Positions 49,361-63,459 are shown, counted from the first letter of the stretch. The stretch is DNA of 64,000 nucleotides from Raja brachyura (GCA_963514005.1 OY740814.1:1488001-1552000), one strand, 5' to 3'. Notes: generated by a model not told the origin, from the letters alone. Translations and numbers: made by a program.

Positions 49361-49560
49361 TGTTCTCCAGAGATGCTGCCTGACCCGCTGAGTTACTCCA
49401 GCACTCTGTGAAACGTCACCTACCCATGTTCTCCAGAGATGCTGCCTGACCCGCTGAGTTACTCCAGCACTCTGTGAAACGTCACCTATCCATGTTCTCC
49501 ACAGATGCTGCCTGACCCGCTGAGTTACTCAGTGGGACAGGCAGCATCTCTGGAGGACAT
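49361..49560. repeat. 66-bp tandem array (about 2.6 units) ending in a short fold-back
   Basis: gaaacgtcacc junctions at about 49410 and 49476, then gagttactcagtgggacaggcagcatctctggag in the opposite orientation. Confidence 0.9.
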
Positions 49561-50034
49561 TGTTTAGGACAGATAGTTAGACCCATGTTAAGTATTGCGT
49601 GAATGGTTTGGTTTATTTAAAAAATGAAAACATTTAATTAATACTGCTAAAAATAGGTTGTTCATAGAACACGAATGTTTCAAACCACAGCGTCTGGCTA
49701 TTATTATTGGCTTAACCCAATTTTAAATGACCAAATGTTACATCTGAAAAAATATATTCAGAACTATGAATCAGTTTGCTTGGGGTGTAAAAGGCATTTA
49801 CTTAGCAATCTGGAAAAATATTAAAAACATTTCAAGTCATACCTATTAAGTGGTTCGGTGCCAGCTACATTTTTGGAGACTTCTCAAAGCCCAGCATACG
49901 AGTGCAATTAGCAGAAACTCCCATTGGTCATCAGTCCAGTGAGAAGGCATGGCTTGTTCTATGGGCAAGGGCCACCTTCAGCCCAAGGCTTCACTGTAGT
50001 ACTGCTACAACTAGACAGTGTTGAATACTCATTC

Positions 50035-50672
50035 TAACTGGTTGCTAAACACTTTAACTCCCCATCCCATTCCCACACTGCCCTTTCTGTCCTGGGCCTC
50101 CTCCATTGTCAGAGTGAGGCCCAGCGCTAATTGGAGGAACAGCACCTCATATTTCACTTGGGTAGTTTACACCCCATCGGTACGAACATTGACTTCTCAA
50201 ATTCAAAGTAGCCCTTGCTTTCCCTCTCTCTCCGTCCCCTCCCTGCTTGTTGTCACCTTCTCCCAACTAACAATGCTCTATGTTTAGGAAGGAACTGCAG
50301 ATGCTGGTCTAAATGAAAGATGACACAAAGTGCTGGAGTAACTCAGCGGGACAGGCAGTGTCTTTGGAGAGAAAGAATGGGTGATGTTTCGGGTCGAGAC
50401 CTTTCTTCCGACTGATCTAATGGAACAATGGTCTACTCTATATTTTCCTTGATCGCCATTCCCTTTGTCCTGTTTTCACAGCATACACTTCCTTATCTAT
50501 ACATTTCCTTATCTATGTACCTCCCTCTCCCCTGACATCAGACTAAAGAAGGGTCTTGACCCGAAACGTTACCTATTCCTTCTCTCCAGAGATGCTGCCT
50601 GTCCTGCTGAGTTACTCCAGCATTTTGTGTCTATCTTCGGTGTAAACCAGCATCTGCAGTTCCTTCCTACAC
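50035..50672 (+). mobile_element. Penelope-like GIY-YIG C-terminus, UTR and terminus, with an inverted solo arm at about 50283-50412
   Basis: VAKHFNSPSHSHT.LSVLGLLHCQSEA..LEEQHLIFHLGSLHP.G.NIDFS, then UTR and arm ending cagttccttcctacac. Confidence 0.88.
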
Positions 50673-51275
50673 TTTGTAATGCTTGCGCCACTCTGCTGCA
50701 AGCAGGGAAATTAAACTGAAGAAAACGTCAACTTTGAGTGCAGGCCAAACCTACAAATAAACAAAGATTATCTTCTGAACTGTGTATTTTCCTCATGTAA
50801 CACATAACTGACTCCTACACACTTCCTGGAAGGTGATTAATGGGACTTGCAGTGGTTCGAGTGGATGTTCATTTTTTGTGTAAAAACAGGACATCGCACA
50901 AACTCTGGTGTCGTGTTATGATTTTTAAGTTATGCATTTCACTTTTTTGACTCAGAGGCAAAGAGATTGATGGGACAAGCCTAGTGTTTGTCCCTAATTT
51001 ATGGGGTTGCCCTGCAAAGTGTCTGTGGGTCTGACGTTGTTTGTGTCTGCTGTTTCCAATCCTTCAATCCTTTGTTGCAGGTTAAGGGTCTACATCCTTC
51101 TCTGTGATACCACTGCGGCACAGGGAGACCAGGGGAAAGAAAGTCCAGAAGGATTACCGGTATTTGACGCAAAGCTTTGCAAATATAAGTCAGTTAGTTA
51201 GATTAGATTTCCACCACAGGTTGTCAGGCACACGGACTCGATCATGTTGCAGGAACCGACCTATTAAAAACCCTG

Positions 51276-51719
51276 AGGTCGACAAAAATGCTGGAGAAAC
51301 TCGGCGGGTGAGGCAGCATCTATGGAGCGAAGGAATAGTCGAGACCCGAAACGTCACCTGTTCCTTCGCTCCATAGATGCTGCCTCACCCGCTGAGTTTC
51401 TCCAGCATTTTTGTAAACCTTCGATTTTTCCAGCATCTTAAATATTAAAAACTCTGTGTGGGACGGAAATGCAGATGCTGGTTTAAACCGAAGATAGACA
51501 CAAAATGCTGGAGTAACTCAGCAGGACAGGCAGCATCTCTGGAAGAAAGAAATTGGTGACTTTTCGGGGCGAGACACTTCTCCAGAGTCTGAGGTGGGAT
51601 CTCGACCCGATATACACCTATATATTTTCTCCAAAGTTGCTGCCTGGCCCGCTGAGTTACTCCAGCATTTTGGGTCTATCTTGGGTGTAAACCAGTACCT
51701 GCAGTTCCTTCCTCCACAC
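51276..51719. mobile_element. Two adjacent Penelope-derived palindromes of different subfamilies
   Basis: 51276-51440 (gagaaactc/ctatggagcgaagg type) and 51457-51719 (gagtaactc/ctctggag type). Confidence 0.85.
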
Positions 51720-51964
51720 TACTAAAACCTCGCGCTTGGCTGGGTTGGTCATTGTCGAGATGACATTTGTATTCTCCAGACTGGACTACATTTGTTTCAT
51801 ATGCAGCGTAAGGCTAGCCAGAATTCCCCATCAGATGAAAACTTACAACCACCTTAGAACTTTAAAGTGCGCAAAGTATCTTCTAGTGCTAAAGATTTAA
51901 TCTCTATTAGAGTGCACCTCATTTAAGGACTTTGTGCTGTTTGTGTACAAATAAATGTAATTAT

Positions 51965-52253
51965 AGTTTAGAGATACAGCATGAAAACAGGCCCTTCGGC
52001 CCACCGAGTTCACACTGACCAGCGATCACCTTGTACAATAACGCGATCAAACAGACAAGAGAGTGTTTTACAGAAGCCAATTAATCTACAAACCCACACT
52101 GGAGTGTGGGAGGAAACCGATGCACCTGGCGAAAAACCACGCAGTCACAGGGAGAACGTGCAAACTCCGCATGGTCAGCAACTGTAATCAAGATCAAACC
52201 TGGGTCTCTTGTGCAAGAAGGCAGCAACACTACCTCTGTGCCACCATGCCACC
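51965..52253 (-). mobile_element. V-SINE
   Basis: Reverse complement of the family consensus. Confidence 0.82.
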
Positions 52254-52872
52254 CTGGGAACTATCTAGAATTGTTTTGAAACTATATTCTCACCTTGACT
52301 CTCTCTTGTAATAGCAATTCCTTCTGACCTATCATAACTTCATCACTGTTTTGACAATGTAAAAATAAAGTTGCTCGCGACGTCTAACATGTTGCAGTCC
52401 GTTCCATTTTCCTCACTGCATTTGATGTGATGACAGATAGGTCACCCCACCCCAGCCTTGGCAAGGTTCACAACCCATCAAATCCATCTCCTCCAGATTG
52501 TAAAGCTTCTGAAGGCTTTACAAAACACTATTTGTATTATTCTAGGAAAATGAGCCACAAAAGCAGAACAAGAGGACTTATGCCGTTGGTTAATAATACA
52601 ACCATGTCAACCACTCACCCCTTTACTTGATCTGTTTACACGCTCAGGTGCCAATACAAATGCTTTTATGAAACATTTTCCTCTTCTTAAAATAAGGTGG
52701 AAGAGATCCTCGTGGATTAGTCCAAGGTCAAAACTTAAAATAGACGGACATGAAAGGGAAATGTTCCCATAATTTGAACAGAATGCAGTGTGGCGTCTGT
52801 CAACAATACCATGCTGGCTTCCATCATTAGCTACCTAGTGCCGACGGAATGTGAACCTGCTTTACTTTGGGC

Positions 52873-53200
52873 TTTAGAGACACGGCAGAGAAACAGGCCC
52901 TTCGGCCCACTGAGTCTGTGCCGACCAGCAATCACTCCGAACACTAGCATCATCCTACACTCTAGGGACAATTTTAAAGGTTTTCACTCTGCCTCGGTAT
53001 ATGTGACAATAAACTAAACTGTTAAACTGAATTTACAATTTTACCAAAGCCAATTACCTTACAAACATGTACATCTTTGGAATGTGGGAGGAAACCGGAG
53101 CACCCGGAGAAAACCCATGCGGTCACAGGGAGAACGTACAAACTCCATACAGACAGCACCCATAGTTAAGATTGAACCCAGGTCTCTGGTGCTGTGAGGC
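52873..53200 (-). mobile_element. V-SINE containing a short Rex1-like tail (52980-53020)
   Basis: Reverse complement of the consensus, interrupted by ttttcactctgcctcggtatatgtgacaataaactaaact. Confidence 0.8.
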
Positions 53201-53896
53201 TGTGAAAAATCTTTACCCCTTCACCTTGAACCTATGTCCTCTGGTCCTCGATTCACCTACTCTGGGAAAAGACTCTGTGCATCGAGTTTATCCTGGAATT
53301 GTAGAGATGGTAGAATGTGGCACAGCAGTCGATGCTTCAACTATCCCGAGTATTGTATTAAAAGATCAGCTGGTAATGTATTTAAAGTAAATATTTCCTG
53401 CCATCACCTCATTTCCAAGCCATTCTCGCCATCTAAAAATATTCTCAGACTAATTTATGCTTGTCATATTTCTTATCGATGACTGACAATGACATTTGTC
53501 CTTCAATGATACGTTAAGAGAAATGAAGCAAGATTAATATGTCCAATTAATCGAGCCAAAGGTTGTAATCTTTGTATCGGCCCTGCCAACAGATTGCTTC
53601 TGGTTTATAGGTTTCAGATGAAATTGAGAAAGCCAGAATTATTCTTAAAATAGAAAGATGAAAGAGATTGCAGATGTTGGAATGGAAACACAAACTCCTG
53701 ATGTTGCAGAGCATAGCAGGTCAAGCAGTGCCTGTGGAAGCAACACGTGATCAAGCTCTTGTCCTGAAACATTGACAAACATCTTTTGTCTCCATCGATG
53801 AGGCTTGACCACTTGAAGTCCTAGGCGGTTTTTTCTCATTCAGGTTAAGTTCCAAATTAGGAGTCAACACACAACTTATAGGTTTGGTAAACGTAA

Positions 53897-54110
53897 AGTG
53901 CTGGAGTAACTCAGCGGGTCAGGCAGCATCTGTGGAGCAAGTGGATAGGTGACGTTTCACAGAGTGCTGGAGTAACTCAGCGGGTCAGGCAGCATCTGTG
54001 GAGAACACAGATAGGTGACGTTTCACAGAGTGCTGGAGTAACTCAGCGGGTCAGGCAGCATCTGTGGAGCAAGTGGATAGGTGACGTTTCAGGTTAGGGC
54101 CCTCCTTCAG
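53897..54110. repeat. 66-bp tandem array (3 units) running into a degenerate hammerhead core
   Basis: The third unit continues gacgtttcaggttagggccctccttcag. An opposite-orientation arm lies at about 54220-54335. Confidence 0.92.
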
Positions 54111-54544
54111 TTTACCAATCACCCATCTGCCAATTACCCCCACCCTGCCCACTATTATCCACCTATCACTTGCCAGACTTTGCCCCTCCCTGGCCTCTCT
54201 TCCTCTCCCCCAGTCCATCAGAGTGAAGAAGTGTACCGACCCGAAACGTCGCTAATCCATTCTCTCCACAGTTGTTGCATGATCCATTGAGTTACTCCAG
54301 TACTTTGTGCTTTTCTTCAGGTCCCAGCATCTGCATCATGTGACTATATTTTTGGGAGAGTGATATATATTTTTTAAATCCACAGGCCGGACATGGCAAC
54401 ACCACAGGCAGCACAATTAGATTGATCATCAGCATTTTAGGACAGGGAAGAACACATCAGGATTCCCGCTGCTAATTGCACGAAGGGTAGTGTCACATGT
54501 TTACAGATGTTGCATTCCCCTGGTGATGCCCAAATATGTCCAAA

Positions 54545-55110
54545 CACAGATGTAATACTGAGGCATCATAAGGCACTGGTCAGTCTGCTGTTGGAGTATT
54601 GTGACCAATTTTGGACCCCAAATCTGAAGAGAGACGAGCTGGCGTTGGAGAGGGTCCAGAAGAGGTTTAAAAGAATGATCCTGTGGTTGAGTGGGTTAAC
54701 GTATGATTAGCATTCAATGGCACCGGGCCTCTACACACTGGAGTTTAGAAGAATGAGGGGGAAACCTACTGATTAGAGAAAGGCCTGGATAGAGTGGATG
54801 TGGAGAGGATGTTTCCACTAGTGGCTGAGTCCAGGACTAGAGGTCACAGCCTCACAATAAAAGAACGTACCTTTAGACGGGAGATGAGGAAGCATTTCTT
54901 TAGCCAGAGGATGGTGCATCTGTGGAATTCATTGCTACAGACGGCTGTGAAGGCCAAGTCATTGGGTTTTTTTAAGGTGGGGATTGACAGATTAGTAAGG
55001 GTGTTAAGGGTTATGGGGAGGTCAGGAGAATGGGAAAGTTAGATCAGCCATGATTAAATGGTGGAGTAGAATCGATGGGCCAAATGGCCTACTTCTGCTC
55101 CAATGATATG
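54545..55110 (+). mobile_element. Degenerate CR1 3' fragment
   Basis: KALV..LLEYC.QFW.P.L.RD.LALERVQ.RF and SRTRGHSL motifs. Confidence 0.85.
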
Positions 55111-56237
55111 AAACCCTCTATAATGATTTGTAAAAGTGCATGAGTCTACATCCTTGGGGAGAGGAGGTGAGAAGATTGACAGCGGAATAAATAGAACAAT
55201 CGAAATCAATATGATAAAAGTCATCATTGAAGCGTATCGTCAAATCAAATGGTAAGCCATTGTGTAGACTTTGAGCTCTGTGATGTCCCAGTTTGAATCA
55301 TTTTGTTGACAGAATATTTTATGGTTGGCAATTCTAGATCCCAATGTTTGGATTTTATAGATACAGTTCCAGCTGGCACTTTGCACAATACACACAGTGT
55401 CTTTTTTTGTTCAAGCACTTTGATAAAAGTTAGCTTTGGTAATTTCAAGAGATTCCATAAAAGAGCACATACGATCAAAGTTGGATTGTTCTTCTAACCC
55501 CTGCCAAAGCTCCTTCACTATTGTGAACTGCAGCGTCTAAGCCATTGGCTTAAAAATTATTGATTCAAACCATTTGCTCTGGAAAAACATAAATGACTCA
55601 AGATATATTTTGTACTTGCTATTTAAAGAAGGAACTTGCATTTACAAAGAGCCGATGCCAGTAAAATGTCCATTTACTTATATGCGCTACAATGCTTCAT
55701 AGTTGCCCAAAACTCTACAAAGTCCATTGGGACATCCTGAGATCACCAATGTTAGCAAATATTTTTCTTTAGATGATATGTTTTCTTTGGTAATCTTGGC
55801 CACATTGCAACAAATCCCACTGGCCCATCCTTCATGTGTTTGCCAAGGCACTCTGGCTCACCGATAAATACTCATCTTCAACTGATCAAACTAGGTTCAG
55901 CATTTATCTCTGGCCTCTCTCCCCTCTTCCAGCTTTCTTCTCCCTCTCTACAATCAGTCCAAAGGGTCTTGACCCAAAAGTGTCACCTAATCATATTGTC
56001 CACAGATGTTGCCTATCCTGCTGAGTTACTTGAGCACTTTGTGTCCTTTTGAGTATTAACTAGCATCGGGTGTTCCTTGTTGCTATGTTTTTACAAATCC
56101 CTGCATCTCCTCACTCTCCCTGGCATGGACGGAAAGTACCTCAAAGCCTATTTCTGCGTTGTGCGACTGTGATCCCTGTTTAATAATTCAAGGACCCGTA
56201 AATGTTGGATTTCTTTAAAAATGGCACATTGATACAA

Positions 56238-57650
56238 GTTTAGATTATGATTGCACCGAGGTACAGTTAAAGGCTTTCTGTTGCATGCTGTCCAGTCAGA
56301 GACAAGACTAGACATGATCCCAATCATCCTTCCACAGTGTACAGATACAGGATGAAGGGTTTAACAATTATTGCAAGATAAAGCCCATTAAAGTCAATTA
56401 AAGATAGTTCCGGGGTCTACAAGGAAATAGATGGTAGCTCAGGACCACTCTGTAGTTGCTAATAGGATGGTTCAGTTGCCTGATAACAGCTGGGAAGAAA
56501 CTGTGCCTGAATCTGGAGGTGTGCATTTTCACACTTGCTGTTGCCATGGCAGGTGTTCCTACCTGAATATGCCTCTTCCCACTTTCAATTGTTCAACAGG
56601 TAATGGTGAAAACATTTAACCGACAATATTTTTACAATGTTCTTAACATAATTAACATCCCTACTTCTACTACCTAATTTTGTAATTAGGAAACAAATAC
56701 TCACAACAAGGACATGCCTTCATCTTTCCGTTTCAAATCTTGTGTTCATGGCAACACTTGTAATCTTGCAGGTCAATGTCTACATTAATAGTGGCAAATC
56801 TGGTAAACGCCCCAATATATTTCCTGTTAGATTTCCCCCCATCTTCGTGCAGACTTGTATCAGGAGAAAATATCTTTCGAGCACTGTCATGCGACAATTA
56901 TTATTCCACTAGATATAAAAACACATAATTGGGTGAAGCCCAGACCATCACACAAACCAACCTCCCTTCCATTGACTCCATCTACACCACAAGCTGCCAC
57001 AAGCAGCATAATCAAGGAGCATTCTCACCCCGATCACTCACTCTTCTCCCCCCTCCCATCGGGCAATGGGTACAGAAGTGTGAAAACGCACATATCCAGA
57101 TTCAGGGACAGTTTCTTCCCGACTGCTATCAAGTAACTGAGCCATCCTATCACCAACTAGCGAGTGGTCCTGACCTCCCATCAACCACATTGGAGATCCT
57201 CGGACTATCTTTAATCGGACTTTATCTTGCACTGAACGTTATTCCCTTTATCCTGTATCTATTTACTGTGGACAGCTCGATTGTAATCAAAAAGACAGTG
57301 AACATTATCAAAGACCCACACCATCCTGGCCACACACTCGTTTCACCCCTGCCATCGGGAAGAAGGTACAGGAGCCTGAAAACTATAACGTCCAGGTTCA
57401 GGAATAGTTTTTCCCCACAGCCACCAGGCTATTAAACACAACACCAAATACGCTCTGAACAACAACAGACTATTATTATTATTGCACTATATTTGTTTAT
57501 TTATTGGGATTGTGTGCATGTGTACACACACACACTGAACTTTTTTCTCTCAAGTTATGTACTATTTTACATATTCTGTTGAGCTGCAGCAAGCAAGAAT
57601 GTCATTGTCCTATCTGGGACACACGACAATAGAACACTCTTGACTCTTGA
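56238..57650. mobile_element. Cluster of Rex1-like 3' fragments (56238-56535 minus; 56930-57290 and 57290-57650 plus)
   Basis: IIK..SHP.HSLFSPLPSG..YRS.KT..SRFR.SFFP appears twice on plus and in part on minus. Confidence 0.8.
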
Positions 57651-58369
57651 CTGTGCAGGACGCAACAAAAAGCTTTCACTGTACCTCGGTACACGTGATA
57701 ATAAACTAAACTCAACTAAAAAGGATCTTGGTACTGCAACCCCCATTTGTAGAAATATGTGCATACAAGACAATTGGAATATATTTAGTAAATGTCTGTG
57801 GCTCCGTCTTTAAAAAACCTGACGTTCTCTTCATAAAATAACTGGTATGAACATGAAACCAGATGTTAGTTTCCCAAAATTAAAGGCATATAATTCAGTG
57901 CTTCACCAAACAGTTGCCTAACAAAACAACTCAGAGAAACTTTGCAAGGAAATCAAGGCTCCGGAGAGCCCAAGTAAATGGCTGGAAGCACGCACAATTA
58001 GGTGGTGATGACTGGGGCTGGTTAACGGTGACATCCAGGAAAACATGTGAAAGGTTTATAGAAAATATCATGGTAACTTTAGTTGGTGGAAGAGACCACA
58101 GTAAAGCTGCATTGTGCCTCTGAGAATGGAATAAAACCTTCAGTAAAGAACGCCATCCGGGCAGGGCTGGCCACTGGCATCATGAATCATTTGGTTTCCT
58201 TCTCTCTAAACAGGCACCAAGGGAACGCACAGACACTGGAGCTGCCACAAATACATTCCATGCACATTATCAACATTTTTTGAGAGCTCACATTCATTCA
58301 GCATTCAGAGCACCAAAGAGGTAACCCTGGAACTCGACTCCATCAGTTGAAAATGCAAACACAAGGGCA

Positions 58370-58805
58370 CCAAGGGTGTGAGCTACAGGGAGAGGTTGAG
58401 TAGGCTGGGTCTATATCTATTCCTTGGAGCGCAAGAGGATGGGGGATGATCTTATAAAGGTGTACAAAATCATGAGAGGAAAGATCGGGTAGATGCACAG
58501 ACTCTCGTGCCCAGAGTAGGGGAATCGAGGACCAGAGGACATAGGTTCAATGTGAAGGTGAAAATATTTAATTGAATCCAAGGGGTAACTTTTTCACACA
58601 AAGGGTGGTGGGTATATAGAACAAGCTGTCAGAGGAGGTAATTGAGGCTGGGACTATCCCATCGTTTAAGCAACAGTTATGGATAGGACAGGTTTGGAGG
58701 TAGATGGGCCAAGCGCAGCAGGTGGTCCTAGTGTAGCTGGGACATTGTTGGCCAGTGTGGGCAAGTTGGGCCTGTTTCCACGCTGTATCACTCGATGACT
58801 CTATC
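58370..58805 (+). mobile_element. Older CR1 subfamily 3' fragment
   Basis: SYRERLSRLGL..LERKRMGDDLIKVYKIMRG..ESRTRGHRF and (gactctat) tail. Confidence 0.85.
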
Positions 58806-59129
58806 TCATTGAGTCTGTCTCGTGTTGTATAATTTTGATCGCTCTTCACAAGAGGAACATGTAAATGACACTGACCATTGCAATAATCCAATGTCTCCAC
58901 CCATAACCATGGCTCTAAAACTGTTGTGAAAACTGGAGATTTTTAAAACTCAATTTATATTTTATGCTTCAATTTTCCACCTCATTTATTGCCAGCATCC
59001 TCTTCCTTCAGGGTATTGTGTCATTGCATCTGAATGTGCTACTTTCCAGAAGAAGCGAACAAGATCTTCTCCGATCCTCACATTTCAACTGCAGTCTCTC
59101 AACAAAGTTGCTTTGGGGAAATAACTCTT

Positions 59130-59600
59130 CCCCACTGTAAATTGGATGAGCAGCACCTCATATTTTGCTTGGGCAGTTTACACCCCAGCAGTATGAACAT
59201 TGACTTCTTCAATTTCAGGTAGTCCCTGCTTTCTCCCTCCTTCCCCTCCCCTTCCCAGCTCTCCCACAGCCCACTGTCTCCGTCTCTTCCTTTCTTCTTC
59301 CCACCCCCCCAACCCCACATCAGTCTGAAGGAGGGAAGCTGAAAGAAGAGAGAGGCAGGACAAAACATGACAGGTAATATGTGTAGGAAGGAACTGCAGA
59401 TGCTGGTTTACACTGACAATAGACAAAATGCTGGAGTAACAACGGGTCTGACAGCATATCTGGCGAGAAAGGAATAGTTGACGTTTTGGGTCCAGACCCT
59501 TCTTCAGACTGAAGAGCCTCAAACTGAAACATCATCTATTTCTTCTCTCCCGAGATGCTGCCTGACCCACTGGGTTACTCCAGCATTTTGTGTCCATCTT
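59130..59600 (+). mobile_element. Penelope-like ORF end and UTR (59130-59335) followed by a palindromic element (59381-59600)
   Basis: CKLDEQHLIFCLGSLHPSSMNIDFFNFR*, UTR, cagtctgaaggaggg. Confidence 0.82.
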
Positions 59601-60212
59601 ACATGTTAGGCAATAGGTGGATATAGGCGAGGGCAGGGTTTGGATAGGGTAGATAGTCCATTCTAGATGCTTAACAAACTCAGGGCTTTGTTGCGTTTGG
59701 TTTGATTTGTCTGCAAGTGCTTGTTTACAAAACCCATTACAGATGGTTTAATAGAGGAGCAATATAAACATGGATCAGATTCATAGTCAGAGCCAAAGGT
59801 AATCCACTTCTGGCTTTCGAAAGCTCCCACCATAAGGCTGTGGTAATCCAGCACCCTCCGGGCATTGTGGTGTTGCAACAGGGGATTGTCAGGACCATTG
59901 GATGTTATTCCGATTAATCCCCCAAAGCACATTTAAATCCCTTTCTTTGAGAGGTTACACTGGTATAATATACACTTTCCAATCTGCCAGTAGGTTTAAA
60001 GCGAAGATAGACACAAATGCTGGAGTAACTCAGCGGGACAGGCAGCATCTCTGGAGAGAAGGAATCGGTGACGTTGGAAAATGGGAATACGCTGGCCTCG
60101 GAGAGTTTGGGAATTGGGCGCTGGAGACCCCAAAGGAGCGGAGGGGATGGGGGACTCTGTGTGTTTAAAGGGAACACGGGGAGAGGACCTCAATATTTGT
60201 TTTGTTTCGTTT

Positions 60213-60500
60213 ACAGATACAGCACGGAAACAGGCCCTTCGACCGACTTGCCCGCGTCGGCCAGTGACCCCCGTACATCAACATTATCCTACACACTAGG
60301 GACAAATTACATTCATACCAAGCCAATTAACCCACAAACCTGTACGTCTTTGGAGTTTGGGAGGAAACCGGAACACCCAGAGAAAACCCACGGGGTCACA
60401 GGGAGAACTTACATTCCGTACAGACAGCAGCCATAGTCAGGATCTAACCCGGATCTCTGGCGTTGCGAGGCAGCAACTTTACCGCTGCAACACCGTGCCT
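60213..60500 (-). mobile_element. V-SINE
   Basis: Reverse complement of the family consensus. Confidence 0.85.
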
Positions 60501-61892
60501 CCGTTAGTTATTGAGATTAGTTGTAGTTATTAAAATCTGTAGTTACTGCCTGCTCCATCAATGGATTCAGTTGTAACCAAATAGCTCATTGTCTTCAAAT
60601 TCATTTTTTTATTCCATCAAATCTGCATCTTTGAGTTGGTGAACTTATCACTAGGGGAACTTATCACTTCTCTCCAGAGATGCTGCCTATCCTGCTAAGT
60701 TACCCCAACATTTTGTATTTATTATCACAAAGGGAATCAGCTTCTCCTCGCACCCACTCCATCATATTTACCATCCCTCTGCACTGTCAGTGAGGTCTCT
60801 CCTTCCAGTAACGATGCCAGTTTATCCTTGCAATTCTCTTGCAGCTTCATATCCTGAAGTCCGCACACTGGTCGGGCTAACAAGTGCTTCTGAAGATGCA
60901 GAGAACTTCCTTACTTGTGTACGGGGGCACAGCGGTAGAATTGCTGCCTTACAGCACCAGGGATCCAGGTTCAATCCTGTCTGCAGATGCTGCCTGTACG
61001 GAGTTCGTACGTTCTACAACACAGAGATGCCATCTGACCCATTGAGCTACTCCAGCTTGTTGTGTCTAGACATGATTACAGTGTTCAGAGACAGGAGAAA
61101 GGGAATCTTGCACAATAAAGTCCAGTAATGTCCAATTAAAGATAGTCCGAAGGTCTCCAATGAGGTAGATGGTAGCTCAGGACTGCTCTCTAGTTGGTAA
61201 GAGGGCGGTTCAGTTGCCTGATAACAGCTGGGAATAAACTATTGGCTATTTTCTGTGCCTATTGCATGTCAGTGTGGCCTCATTCTGTATTGTTATAGTA
61301 TTATCTGATTTGCATGGACAACATTACAATTACAAGTATGAAGCCGCACTTAATCCATCGAGCTTGCAAGCATTTGAAGATGTGTGGTTGAAAGAGGGTT
61401 GGACAGTGTCTACTTTGAGTTAAAGACAGAAAATGCAGAACATTCAGCAGCCAGACGGCATCTGCGGAGAGAGAAATTAAACATAAACCCCGCCTTCCTT
61501 TCCACATGCGCTGCCCAACATTTTCTGTTTTTATTTCAGATTTCCGACGTCTGCAGAGGTTTTTGTTTCACTCATCATTATTTTTGAATGCGGGTCATTC
61601 CATATAAATGAAAGCATTGAGACGGCCCTCAAAATAAGGTCTCCCTGGTGCTTATTTAGAGAATTATTGTTTAAACTCGTGGTGCAGCTGAGATAACAGA
61701 TTATCGTGATGCCCAGATACTTTCATCATCGGGTTGAGAAAGCATGCCCTTTAAGCTCAAACAAACATACCCAATAGATGAATGTCCGGTTTGGACACTT
61801 CACCATAGCTGGTGCAGTTTGTCATGTCTGCGAGTAATACCTTCTCTCTTCTCAAAGCATGTTTCCACACCTTTAATGCTAGACTTCCCTTT

Positions 61893-62175
61893 CGATACAG
61901 CGCGGAAACAGGCCCTTCGGCCCACCGAGTCCGTGCCAACCTCGCACACGAGCACTATCCTACGCACACTAGGAACAGTTTACAATTATACTAAGCCAAT
62001 TAACCTACAAACCTGTACTTTTTTGAAGTGTGGGAGGAAACTGGAGCACCCGGAGAAAACCCACGCAGTCACAGGGAGAACATGCAAACTCTGTACAGAG
62101 AGCACCCTTAGTCGGGATCGAACCCGGGTCTCTGCTGCTGTGAGGCAGCAACTCTACCGCTGTGCCACTGTGCTG
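61893..62175 (-). mobile_element. V-SINE
   Basis: Reverse complement of the family consensus. Confidence 0.85.
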
Positions 62176-63012
62176 TCCCACACAGTAGTACAGAAGGAGC
62201 AGTGGATGAGGCAGTGAATGGTGGCCTTTCAATTTGCATTCTCCCCGAAGATACACGATGGTGATGCATAGATGATAATTGTTGAGGAAGGGGGAGGTTT
62301 CGAGTTAAGATTCATCAATGTGAATGATTATCTGCAAGCCTCTCTCAGTCAACACTGCCACCCACTTGCTGATGATTGTTCAGTGGTCCAGCTCCAGCAA
62401 GAGCACAACACACACAGCTACCAACGGTCTACTCTCAGAAAATCAATTAGATTGCCGAAAATGTTCACCTCATAATTCAAAAATGTTTACTGCAGATGTC
62501 AACACCAGATGACTCGTCAAGCCTCCAAAACAGTAAACCAGGAACCACATTTCTGCAGTCCAAGGTATTTACAACCTGCGTAAGTATCAGAGTGCCTTTC
62601 AGGTCCAATTTAGCAGAAATCATGACCTCTCCATTTACAGAAATGCTTTGGGGACGATATAAACATGCCCAGCGGCAGGACGTCAGCATTTGGGCAGGGC
62701 CTTGGATAGGAAAGATTTAGAGGGATATGGGCCAAACGTGGGCAGGTGGGACTAGCATAACTGGGGTACTATACCCCCCCACCCCCCCCCCCCCCACCAC
62801 CCCCTCCCCAATCTATGCACATCCCCAGTCCTTTCCACTCGTCACTTTAATTTCATGTTTCATGTATTTTGTGTTTTATGACTGTTGGCAGATCAGTTTC
62901 CCTCCTGAGATAAATAAAGTTACGTCGTATCGTATCTTGGTCGGCAAGGGAACGTTGGGCAGAAGGGCCTGTTTCTGTGCTACACTGAACTATATAAGTA
63001 CAGTAATTCATC

Positions 63013-63190
63013 CGGGTGAGGCAGCATCTATGGAGCAAAGGAAATAGGCAACGTTTCTTCAGACTGAAGAAGGGTTTCGACCCGAAACATTGCCTATTTT
63101 CTTCGCTCCATTGATGCTGCCTCACCCGCTGAGTTTCTCCAGCATTTTGGTCTACCTTCGATTTCCCAGTATCTGCAGTTCTTTCTTAAA
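63013..63190 (+). mobile_element. Penelope-derived palindrome (ctatggagc subfamily) with hammerhead-like core
   Basis: ctgaagaagggtttcgacccgaaacatt at 63064-63091. Confidence 0.82.
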
Positions 63191-63459
63191 CAATAATTCA
63201 TCCGATCTCTGAGTTGAGAAAATGGAGGAATTCCAAGCACCCAATATAAAAGAGGTTATGGGGAGAAGGCAGGAGAATGGGGTTAGGAGGGATAGATCAG
63301 CCACAATTGGAAGGCGGAGTAGACTTGATGGGCCGAATGGCCTAATTCTGCTCCTATCACTTATGAAAAGCTGCAAAATTGTTTAAATCTGCCATGATCA
63401 CACGCCCTTGGTTGAAATTGTAAACGTGCTGATTGATTGAAAGATACAGCATGGAAACA

